Shown one piece after another: positions 1 to 7,345 of a DNA stretch of 32,000 nt. The first letter of the stretch is position 1, and each line of letters begins with the position of its first letter. The DNA is from Patescibacteria group bacterium (lineage in GTDB: Bacteria; Patescibacteriota; UBA1384; XYA2-FULL-43-10). Position numbers and translations under genes: made by a program. The stretch lies in the NCBI GenBank assembly GCA_041674405.1, contig JBAYVT010000003.1, positions 119,990 to 151,989 on the forward strand, read 5' to 3'. Below the pieces are notes generated by a model, which searched no databases, was not told where the DNA came from, and saw only the letters and a program-made list of their open reading frames with translations.

Positions 1-2196
1 AAAGTTGTTATATTCATCCTTGTCATCCGGAACATCGTCGCCTGACGGAATGAAACCTTCCGAGCCCGTATCAGAAACCAGAACGTCTCTGGGTTTGGCA
101 CCATCGGCCGGCCCGATTGCCCCGTTTTCTTCCAGAATATCTAGAAGCCGTGCAGCCCTAGCATACCCTATTCGAAGCCGTCTTTGCAAAAGTGAAGCCG
201 AAGCCTTGCCTGCTTGCATCACAACTTTAAGCGCATCATCATACAAATCGTCCTCGGCTGAACCATCACCAAATGCGCCGCTTGACCCTTTGGACGATTT
301 AAATTGCAATATTGTGTCATCATAATCAGGCGGGCTCAATTCTTTCAAAAAATCAACCAAGTCATTGATTTCTTTATCAGACACGAAACAACCTTGAATA
401 CGGCGTGGCTTTGTGAGTCCATTGCCGACAAACAGCATGTCGCCGTTGCCAAGTAGTTTTTCCGCGCCGGACATATCAAGAATCGTGCGCGAATCAACTT
501 GTGAAGCAGTAGCAAAGGCAATTCGGCAAGTAATATTTGCCTTGATCAAACCTGTTAGAACATCAACGGATGGGCGCTGCGTTGCAACAATCAAGTGCAT
601 CCCGGTTGCTCGCGCCATTTGTGCCAGGCGGACGATCGAACCCTCAACCTCGTTGGCTGAAGTCGCCATAAGATCCGCTAACTCGTCGATAACAATGACA
701 ATATAAGGTAACTTTCCTTCTGGGCCGGGGCTCTCATTATAAGCAGTGATATTCCTCTTCCCTAATTCTGAAAACATTTTGTAACGGCGTTCCATTTCCC
801 AAATTGCCCACTTTAAGGCAGACACCGTTTTGCCGACCTCGGTCACAACTGGCGTCAAAAGATGTGGAATATCATTGTAGTTTGTAAGTTCAACTCTCTT
901 TGGGTCAACCATTAGCAGTTTCAGGTCGTTTGGCGAATTATGGAAAAGAAACGTCGTAATGATTGTATTGATACAGACCGATTTGCCCGAACCGGTAGCA
1001 CCAGCGATTAAGACATGGGGCATTTTTTCAAGGTCAACAGCATATGAGGTACCGGCCACATCTCGCCCAAGGGCAATGGTTAGCTTTGACTTAACTGCCT
1101 TGAATTCTTGCGAGACCATCACCTCTTTCAATGTAACTTTTGCCGGCACTTTGTTCGGATTCTCGATGCCGACAGAGGATTTGCCGGGAATCGGTGCTTC
1201 CATACGAAGGCTCTTGGATGCTAGGGCGAGCGCCAAGTCGTTGGCGCGAGCAGTAATCTGATTTAACTTCACGCCCTCAACCGGCTTAAAAGTGTACTGC
1301 GTGACCGTTGGGCCAATATTGACTTCCCCCATTACTATGTCAATTCCAAAGTTTTTGAGTGTTTTTTGAATAACTTCAACATTTTTCTGAATATTGCCCG
1401 GATTGGCAACGTCGTCAGAGTCCTTTAAAATTTCAACCGGCGGATACTGCCAGCTCATATCTCTGGCAACAATTCTTGGTTCTGCCTCAATCACCGGTGC
1501 CTTCGCCACCCCCTCTCGCGGTTTCTTCATCGATGCTAGCTTGTTTCTTAGTGTCTTAAAAACCGAAACCCGGTTTCCACGATTTACCTTAACATCATCG
1601 TCGTCTTCCTTGTTTCCTTTCGCACTCTCCCAGCCAAATAACTGAGTGAATGAAATATTAAAAATCATCATCAGCGCAATAACGTCTAGTGCAAATGTGA
1701 TAAGAAAAGATGCAAACAAACCGACGCCCTTTCGAAGCGGATCAGAGATCATATAACCCAAAATCCCTCCGCCAGAACCCGCAAATGCGGCCTCTCGAGT
1801 GTCTAAAAGCGGGATAAAAAGATGAAGTGTTGCAGATAAAAATATGATCAACAGGATAAACCCGATGAACCTAGAAACCCTTTGCTTGTCGCGATTCGGA
1901 AATAAAAGGAGCACGCCGAACCAAAAAATAATTATTGGGAAAACATAGCCAGGAAAACTTCCAAAGATTTTGCGTATTATATGCGCTACCGAACTGCCAA
2001 AATTTCCCGCCATTTCAAAATAACCCAAAAGTATGACTACAGCAAAAATAAGGACTAGAATGGCAAAAATTTCCCGCCAGGTGCCAGCTCCAAGGCCAAG
2101 GGTAAAATCAAAGACAAAATCACCCCAATCATTTTCTTTCTGATACCACTTTGGATGCTTCTGCTTGTGTTTCGGATACTTCCGTTTGCGACCCAC
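1..2196 (-). CDS. ftsK: DNA translocase FtsK/SpoIIIE; 3' end leaves the window (about 732 codons visible)
   Basis: Absent from the ORF track because it is open-ended. My own minus-strand translation starts at GTG 2196-2194 with GGAGGGG just upstream. It gives N-terminal TM helices, Walker A PHVLIAGATGSGKSVCINTII (about 1020-960), IVIDELADLM, VATQRPS and the gamma wHTH SLLQRRLRIGYARAARLLD. The frame is still open at base 1. Confidence 0.9.
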   Translation of the reverse strand, partial: MGRKRKYPKHKQKHPKWYQKENDWGDFVFDFTLGLGAGTWREIFAILVLIFAVVILLGYFEMAGNFGSSVAHIIRKIFGSFPGYVFPIIIFWFGVLLLFPNRDKQRVSRFIGFILLIIFLSATLHLFIPLLDTREAAFAGSGGGILGYMISDPLRKGVGLFASFLITFALDVIALMMIFNISFTQLFGWESAKGNKEDDDDVKVNRGNRVSVFKTLRNKLASMKKPREGVAKAPVIEAEPRIVARDMSWQYPPVEILKDSDDVANPGNIQKNVEVIQKTLKNFGIDIVMGEVNIGPTVTQYTFKPVEGVKLNQITARANDLALALASKSLRMEAPIPGKSSVGIENPNKVPAKVTLKEVMVSQEFKAVKSKLTIALGRDVAGTSYAVDLEKMPHVLIAGATGSGKSVCINTIITTFLFHNSPNDLKLLMVDPKRVELTNYNDIPHLLTPVVTEVGKTVSALKWAIWEMERRYKMFSELGKRNITAYNESPGPEGKLPYIVIVIDELADLMATSANEVEGSIVRLAQMARATGMHLIVATQRPSVDVLTGLIKANITCRIAFATASQVDSRTILDMSGAEKLLGNGDMLFVGNGLTKPRRIQGCFVSDKEINDLVDFLKELSPPDYDDTILQFKSSKGSSGAFGDGSAEDDLYDDALKVVMQAGKASASLLQRRLRIGYARAARLLDILEENGAIGPADGAKPRDVLVSDTGSEGFIPSGDDVPDDKDEYNNF

Positions 2197-2211
2197 AATC
2201 CCCTCCGGGGT

Positions 2212-2322
2212 AAATTACAAATTACAAGAAACAAATCACAAATAATATCCAATCAGCAATTTCCAATCTCGATACCTTTAGTTGGAATTAATTTGATATT
2301 TGGAATTTGTCATTTGTAATTT
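2212..2322 (-). promoter_or_regulatory. ftsK 5' leader: extended imperfect AU-rich hairpin built from reiterated words
   Basis: AAATTACAAAT (2212-2222) pairs perfectly with ATTTGTAATTT (2312-2322). Inner segments ACAAAT/ATTTGT and AATTTCCAA/TTGGAATT also pair. The element lies between the predicted -10 (2329-2334) and the SD/GTG. Confidence 0.4.
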
Positions 2323-2328
2323 GATTTC

Positions 2329-2357
2329 ATTATATCTCCATTGAACACAATGCGCAA
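2329..2357 (-). promoter_or_regulatory. candidate ftsK promoter
   Basis: Minus strand reads TTGCGC (2357-2352), 17 nt, TATAAT (2334-2329). Confidence 0.4.
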
Positions 2358-2370
2358 TAAATGGTATCTT
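2341..2370 (+). promoter_or_regulatory. candidate promoter of ORF 2424, overlapping the divergent ftsK promoter
   Basis: TTGAAC (2341-2346), 18 nt, TGgTATCTT (extended -10, 2362-2370). RBS GGAAAGGA lies 6 nt before ATG 2424. Confidence 0.35.
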
Positions 2371-2423
2371 TAGTTTTAATCCGCTCTACGATAGCGGCAA
2401 CCTAGAACCGGAAAGGACAGACT

Positions 2424-2948
2424 ATGTTACCGTATCTTACGGTTTTGCTAGTAGCCGTAGTTGTGGTAGCAGTTGCAGTAACACTCGTGCGGTCAAGGAA
2501 TATTGCCGCATTCGCAGACAAGGCTGTTGCAGACCTTGCGTCGGGATCATGCGAGATCCGCTTCAGGCGGATCGAGCACACAATCGACGGCCATCATAGA
2601 GGAGTGCTGCTTATGATGTGCCTTCACGAACCGGTCGAGCGCTTTACGCGTCTTTCGATTATGCGTCGCGTTAGGGTTGTTGTTGAAGTCGAGGGAGAAT
2701 TCCCCTATCGTTGCACGCCCTACAAAATGGAACTCTCAGTGCGCGATGCCGACCTCGCTGGTGTTGCATACCTAACGCTAAGGGGCAAAACCCCTCTTTG
2801 GGTTGTCGATCCAGTCTGGAAGCATACGTTCGCAGTGCTCGTGCCCGAAAGCTTGCAACCAGGAGGGTCGGAGAAATTTATAACCCGAATAAGGGTAACT
2901 CTACCAACCTGGCCGAGTAAGCGTAAACTCGAGCTAACAATTCCTTAA
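2424..2948 (+). CDS. hypothetical protein, N-terminal TM anchor plus about 140-aa beta-rich domain (high-GC islet 1)
   Basis: 174-aa ORF with an RBS. N-terminus is LLVAVVVVAVAVTLV. GC is higher than the flanks, and a strong terminator follows. No family recognised. Confidence 0.55.
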   Translation: MLPYLTVLLVAVVVVAVAVTLVRSRNIAAFADKAVADLASGSCEIRFRRIEHTIDGHHRGVLLMMCLHEPVERFTRLSIMRRVRVVVEVEGEFPYRCTPYKMELSVRDADLAGVAYLTLRGKTPLWVVDPVWKHTFAVLVPESLQPGGSEKFITRIRVTLPTWPSKRKLELTIP

Positions 2949-2967
2949 GCCGCCCAGAACCGCGAAC

Positions 2968-2992
2968 GCCACCCCGGTCGGGGTGGCGTTTC
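2968..2992 (+). terminator. intrinsic terminator of ORF 2424
   Basis: GCCACCCC (2968-2975), loop GGTC, GGGGTGGC (2980-2987), then GTTTCC. Confidence 0.7.
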
Positions 2993-3052
2993 CACGTTAA
3001 ATTGCTATTTTGTTTTCCCTGCGGACTAAGGACTACTCACTACTATCTAGTC

Positions 3053-3082
3053 CTAAACCTCAATAACTACAAGGATGACCAC
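3053..3082 (-). repeat. decayed in-frame duplicate of the last 9 codons plus stop of rnj
   Basis: 3057-3082 matches 3159-3184 at 22/26 positions, offset by exactly 102 nt (34 codons). It reads VVILVVIEV-TAG versus the genuine MVIPVVIEV-TAA. Stops intervene between the two copies. Confidence 0.5.
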
Positions 3083-3154
3083 CCCACTTCGCCAAGGCTA
3101 CGCGGGGCAAGACTCATTTCAGAGCAAGAGTCGATAATAGATAATCGTTGTGCA

Positions 3155-5116
3155 TTATACCTCGATCACTACAGGGATGACCATTGGCCTTCGTTCTGTC
3201 TCCGTATATAGGAACTCTCCCATGTCGTCGCGGATTTTCTGCTTGATCAGATTCCAGTCGGGCTGGGTTTTGGCTTCGGTGTGTTTGGCAAAAAGCCGTT
3301 TGATCTCAGCACGGGATTTGTGCACCAGCTGTTCGTTTTCACGCATATAGATGAAGCCGCGAGAAATGATATCGGGAGAGGTAACAATCTCGCCAGTCTT
3401 GTGATCAACGGTAACAATAATGACAAAAATTCCATCCTGGGCCATTGCCTTTCTGTCGCGAAGAACGATGTTGCCTACATCGCCAACGCCGAGGCCGTCA
3501 ACCATCACATAAGATGCAGGAACGCGCTTGTTGGTAACCGAGCCCATATCTTTTGAGAATTCAATTACCTGGCCGTTATCGGCAACGAGGCAATGCTCTT
3601 CGTCGACGATTCCCATATCTTGGGCAATCTGCGCGAGTAGCATCAATCTGTGGCGTTCGCCGTGGGTCGGGATCAAATATTTCGGGCGGACAAGCGCGAT
3701 CATCAATTTCAGGTCTTCCTGCTTGGCATGGCCAGAAGTGTGAACATCCATAAGTTTTTGATAGATTACGCGCGAGCCGGCGCGATACAGATTGTCCATA
3801 AGCTCGGAAACAGATCGCTCATTACCTGGAATTGGCGAGGCCGAAAGAACAGTCGTGTCGCCTCTTTTTATCTTGATTTGGCGATGTTCACCAAGGGCAA
3901 TTCGGGTCAGGGCAGCGCGGTCTTCTCCTTGCGAACCGGTACAAACAATTATTACCTTATTATCCGGATAATTTTTTAACGCATGAACATCGATGACGGT
4001 ATCCTTCGGCACGACAAGAGCGCCAAGCGAGGTAGCAATCTCGTATGATTGGAGCATCGATCGGCCAACAAAAGTAACTTTGCGGTCGAATTTCTTGGCG
4101 ACATTCAAAATTTGCTGAATACGCGAGATCAAAAGTGAGAATGTTGCGATGATTAGGCGCCCTTTGACCTGATCCATGATTTTGAAAATCGTATCTTCGA
4201 TTTCTCGCTCAGATATTGAAACCCCTGGTTTTTCGACATTGGTACATTCGCAAATTAGCGCCGCTGGTTTCTCTCCGCCGAGCATAGCAATCTGTGAAAA
4301 ATCGACCGGCTTGCCATCAGCTGGGGTATGGTCAAATTTCCAGTCGCCAGTATGAATAACCAGACCTTCTGGCGTGTCGATCGCAAAACCCATCGCCTGT
4401 GGAATTGAGTGAGTAAGCCGAAAAGTCCTTACCTTAAATACCCCAAGCTGAAGTACATCTTTGCCAGCTTCGATCGTATTTAATTTAGCTCCCTCGGCCA
4501 GGCCAAATTCTTCCATCTTGCCACGAATAAGGCCGATAGCAAGGGGCGATGAATAGATCTGGGGCGAGCCAAGCTTTTCATAGATGTAAGGTATGGCCCC
4601 AATGTGATCCAAGTGGCCATGAGTGATGAGAAGGGCACGAATTTTATGCTTGTTTTGCTCAAGATACGAGACATCGGGAATGACGAAGTCAATGCCTGGC
4701 ATATCCTGGTCCGGAAACATAAGCCCGGCATCGATAATGATAATGTCGTTCTTATACTCTAGAACCATCATATTTTTACCACCAGTTTCTTCATTGCCAC
4801 CGATAGGAATGATTCGAAGCTTTGGCTCTATAAAAAATTTGGTGTTTTTGCCTTCGGTTGATTGGGCAGTAAATCTTGGTTCATCAACTTTTCCCGAAAT
4901 TTTAGCATAGTCAAAAGATCTGCCACCCTCGGGTTTTTGCACAGGACGAGAATTTCGTTTATGCGGTGTTTTCTGACCGGATGATCGGCTAACAAAAGCC
5001 TGATCGCCCGCAACGGTGCGCACAGGTGAAGAAACGCTGTGTTTTGGCACAGGTTTGTTTGCTCGGATGTTTCTCGTTGTCCGTCCACCTGTGTTTACTC
5101 TTTGCATTTTTTCCAT
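3155..5116 (-). CDS. rnj: ribonuclease J (metallo-beta-lactamase/beta-CASP) with an N-terminal basic extension of about 100 aa
   Basis: 653 aa. Motifs KLRIIPIGGNEETGGKNM, ITHGHLDHIGAIPY and HTSGHA. The N-terminal 100 aa are K/R/S/P-rich and low-complexity. Confidence 0.9.
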   Translation of the reverse strand: MEKMQRVNTGGRTTRNIRANKPVPKHSVSSPVRTVAGDQAFVSRSSGQKTPHKRNSRPVQKPEGGRSFDYAKISGKVDEPRFTAQSTEGKNTKFFIEPKLRIIPIGGNEETGGKNMMVLEYKNDIIIIDAGLMFPDQDMPGIDFVIPDVSYLEQNKHKIRALLITHGHLDHIGAIPYIYEKLGSPQIYSSPLAIGLIRGKMEEFGLAEGAKLNTIEAGKDVLQLGVFKVRTFRLTHSIPQAMGFAIDTPEGLVIHTGDWKFDHTPADGKPVDFSQIAMLGGEKPAALICECTNVEKPGVSISEREIEDTIFKIMDQVKGRLIIATFSLLISRIQQILNVAKKFDRKVTFVGRSMLQSYEIATSLGALVVPKDTVIDVHALKNYPDNKVIIVCTGSQGEDRAALTRIALGEHRQIKIKRGDTTVLSASPIPGNERSVSELMDNLYRAGSRVIYQKLMDVHTSGHAKQEDLKLMIALVRPKYLIPTHGERHRLMLLAQIAQDMGIVDEEHCLVADNGQVIEFSKDMGSVTNKRVPASYVMVDGLGVGDVGNIVLRDRKAMAQDGIFVIIVTVDHKTGEIVTSPDIISRGFIYMRENEQLVHKSRAEIKRLFAKHTEAKTQPDWNLIKQKIRDDMGEFLYTETERRPMVIPVVIEV

Positions 5117-5146
5117 TTAGTTTTTCCTTTAGTTCAAAAGAACATA

Positions 5147-5779
5147 TTATATTAGTTTTGTTTGAATTGGCTTATCGTCGTTATCTGGTTTGATATTCCC
5201 TTTAGTCTCCTGCTCTTTGATTTTTTTAAGAACCGCTGGTACTTTTTTAAAATCGTCCATAAGCGTGCCTCGCAATCCGCCATTGTGCAGGGCTGCCGCC
5301 GGGTGGTAGAGGGCGAAGTAAACTTGGCCATTCGGCCGTTTGACCGCTTTGCCATGGAGCTTAGAAATCCCACCTGCTGCCGGTATAAATGTATTGCATG
5401 AGTGCCGGCCGAGGCAAACGATGAGTTTGGGTTTTATAATTTCAAGTTGACGATTAAGATACGATTTGCAAGCCTCTTTCTCCGTATCTTCCGGATCCCG
5501 ATTTCCCGGGGGTCTACATTTTACCGTGTTTAGAATAAAAACTTTTTCACGTGTGAGGCCAATAGAGGCTAGCATTTCGTCTAAGAATTTTCCGGCGGCT
5601 CCGCAAAAAGGGATGCCTGCCAGATCTTCCTTCTCCCCCGGCGCTTCGCCAACAAAAAGTATGTCAGCGTCGGGGTCTCCGCTTCCAGGAACAGTATTAG
5701 TCCTTGATTTCGAAAGTGGGCATAGTGCACACTTAGAAACTTCACCTGCAATAATATCGAGTTCTTCTTTCTTATTCAT
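5147..5779 (-). CDS. udg: family 4 uracil-DNA glycosylase (4Fe-4S type)
   Basis: Motifs CxLC...FVGEAPGEKED...GIPFCGAAG...NTVKCRPP...LYHPAAAL. The ORF track extends to 5833, but MNKKEEL at 5779 fits the family length. Confidence 0.85.
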   Translation of the reverse strand: MNKKEELDIIAGEVSKCALCPLSKSRTNTVPGSGDPDADILFVGEAPGEKEDLAGIPFCGAAGKFLDEMLASIGLTREKVFILNTVKCRPPGNRDPEDTEKEACKSYLNRQLEIIKPKLIVCLGRHSCNTFIPAAGGISKLHGKAVKRPNGQVYFALYHPAAALHNGGLRGTLMDDFKKVPAVLKKIKEQETKGNIKPDNDDKPIQTKLI

Positions 5780-5844
5780 CAAAAAGAGAAATAAATGATT
5801 AAAAAATCGCTTAATTAGAGTCCTGTCCCTCAAAAGTTAATCTC

Positions 5845-5873
5845 ATTGTACCAGGTGCGAATAAAAAAGTCAA
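5845..5873 (-). promoter_or_regulatory. candidate udg promoter
   Basis: Minus strand reads TTGACT (5873-5868), 17 nt, TACAAT (5850-5845). Confidence 0.55.
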
Positions 5874-5888
5874 TAGATAAAGGTGGTG

Positions 5889-5909
5889 CCCCCGCCTAGA
5901 CGGCGGGGG
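5889..5909 (-). terminator. GC hairpin overlapping the stop codon of ORF 5896-6345
   Basis: CCCCCGCC (5889-5896) pairs with GGCGGGGG (5902-5909). The TAG stop sits in the loop. A T-rich stretch follows on the minus strand after a short gap. Confidence 0.5.
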
Positions 5910-6345
5910 GTTCGTGTTCGGTTGCCCGATCGGTGATCCGCTTAAACAAAGTTTCAACACCGATCAAAGGCATGGCTGCTTGGAATGCAGCCTGTATGGT
6001 TGTGCGGTCAAGCGGCTTCCATCCGCTCGAGCCGCATTGAACAAGCGCGCGGACTTGTTCAAAAAGTTGTTCCGTCGGGACCCTGCCGGTAGCATTGGTA
6101 TAGCCACCGGATATCCCGCCGCAGACTGAACGTGCTGTCAGCCTGAGAAGTTGGGCATTTGGTTCGCCTTGGGGCTTGTTCGTTCGGACAGACACGATTA
6201 GTCCTGTTCGGTTAGAATCATTCCAGAAGTAGAATTCGGATTCCTCGGTGCCATCATAGCTGCGCTGTCCCGTATAACATCCGATGTACCGATATCCGAG
6301 AGGCGCCAGCTTTCTCTGAAGCCTTTTCAGCGCTATCACCTCCAA
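5896..6345 (-). CDS. hypothetical protein (high-GC islet 2); start codon uncertain
   Basis: 149-aa ORF. A GGAGGTGAT anti-SD match sits at its extreme 5' end, so the true start may lie a few codons in. It has its own promoter and terminator. No family recognised. Confidence 0.5.
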   Translation of the reverse strand: MEVIALKRLQRKLAPLGYRYIGCYTGQRSYDGTEESEFYFWNDSNRTGLIVSVRTNKPQGEPNAQLLRLTARSVCGGISGGYTNATGRVPTEQLFEQVRALVQCGSSGWKPLDRTTIQAAFQAAMPLIGVETLFKRITDRATEHEPPAV

Positions 6346-6357
6346 GCGATCTAAATT

Positions 6358-6387
6358 AATATATCAATAAGAGTGACATAAATTCAA
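6358..6387 (-). promoter_or_regulatory. candidate promoter of ORF 5896-6345
   Basis: Minus strand reads TTGAAT (6387-6382), 18 nt, TATATT (6363-6358). Confidence 0.4.
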
Positions 6388-6517
6388 TCTAAATAAAGAG
6401 CCGGAAATGCAAGGCTTAAGAAAACTTTTTAGAAATTATCCATAGATTTTGACCTACTCGACTCTAGAATTTTCTGTTAGTGGCTGATTAGTGCTCGTAA
6501 ATAATTTTTTGCAAATG

Positions 6518-6547
6518 TTGAATTTTCTCTCCGCCTGGTGCTACAAT
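6518..6547 (+). promoter_or_regulatory. candidate purN promoter
   Basis: TTGAAT (6518-6523), 18 nt, TGcTACAAT (extended -10; TACAAT at 6542-6547). RBS GGAAGGAG precedes ATG 6593. Confidence 0.55.
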
Positions 6548-6592
6548 TTTTTTGAGGCGTTTCTACTCACAGACTACGGAAGGAGAATTGTC

Positions 6593-7207
6593 ATGAACAA
6601 GCTGTTGTTGGGCGTCTTGATCTCAGGAGGGGGCACCAACCTCCAAAAGATCATTGATCGTATCGGGGATGGCACCCTTTGTGCTGAGGTCGCTGTAGTG
6701 ATCTCGAACAAAACCGATGCTTACGGCCTCGAACGTGCCAGAAATGCTGGCATTCGGGCTGTATTCCTTGACCCGAAAAGCTTCTCCAGCAAGCACGAGT
6801 TCGACCAGGCAATAGCCGAGGAACTTCAGCACTCAGGCGTTCAGCTCGTGGTTATGGCCGGATACATGAGGCTGCTCGGCAAGGAAGTCCTCGACGCCTT
6901 CCCGGGCAAGGTAATCAATCTTCATCCCGCTCTGCTGCCCTCATTCAAGGGGGAGCACGGGATTGCGGATGCCTTCGCCTATGGGGTTAAGGTCACCGGG
7001 GTAACCGTGCATTTCGCCGATGGCGAGTATGACACTGGCCCCATTATCGCGCAAACGCCAATCGCTGTGCTTGAGGACGACACAGTGGAGTCGCTCGAGC
7101 AGCGCATTCATGATGCTGAGTACAAGATCCTACCTCGAGTCATCCAGTTATTCTCGGAGGGCCGCGTCAAGATCGATGGTCGCCGCATTCACATCGACCA
7201 GAGGTAA
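6593..7207 (+). CDS. purN: phosphoribosylglycinamide (GAR) formyltransferase
   Basis: 204 aa from the RBS-supported ATG 6593; the ORF-track start at 6491 lies in the promoter. Motifs ISGGGTNLQ, NLHPALLPSF and HFADGEYDTGPII. Confidence 0.85.
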   Translation: MNKLLLGVLISGGGTNLQKIIDRIGDGTLCAEVAVVISNKTDAYGLERARNAGIRAVFLDPKSFSSKHEFDQAIAEELQHSGVQLVVMAGYMRLLGKEVLDAFPGKVINLHPALLPSFKGEHGIADAFAYGVKVTGVTVHFADGEYDTGPIIAQTPIAVLEDDTVESLEQRIHDAEYKILPRVIQLFSEGRVKIDGRRIHIDQR

Positions 7208-7224
7208 GCCACCGAGGTTCGTCT

Positions 7225-7270
7225 GAAAAAGGCTCTGCACTCCTTTATCCTCTTCAGGCGAGCCTTTTTC
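7225..7270 (+). terminator. purN terminator
   Basis: GAAAAAGGCTC (7225-7235) pairs with GAGCCTTTTTC (7260-7270), an 11-nt perfect inverted repeat around a 24-nt loop, with a T-run at the end. Confidence 0.55.
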
Positions 7271-7288
7271 TATTCATAGAATATGATT

Positions 7289-7324
7289 AAAAAAATTCCC
7301 CGAAGAAATTCGGGGAATTTTTTC
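7289..7324. terminator. bidirectional intrinsic terminator (pnp 3' end)
   Basis: A-run, TTCCCCGAA (7296-7304), loop GAAA, TTCGGGGAA (7309-7317), T-run. Confidence 0.75.
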
Positions 7325-7345
7325 TATGAGATTAAATTTTTACAA

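Noticed and set aside
2055-2252. 65-aa minus-strand ORF at the ftsK 5' end
   Set aside because: It is in a different frame from the motif-supported ftsK reading frame, which starts at GTG 2196 with a strong SD.
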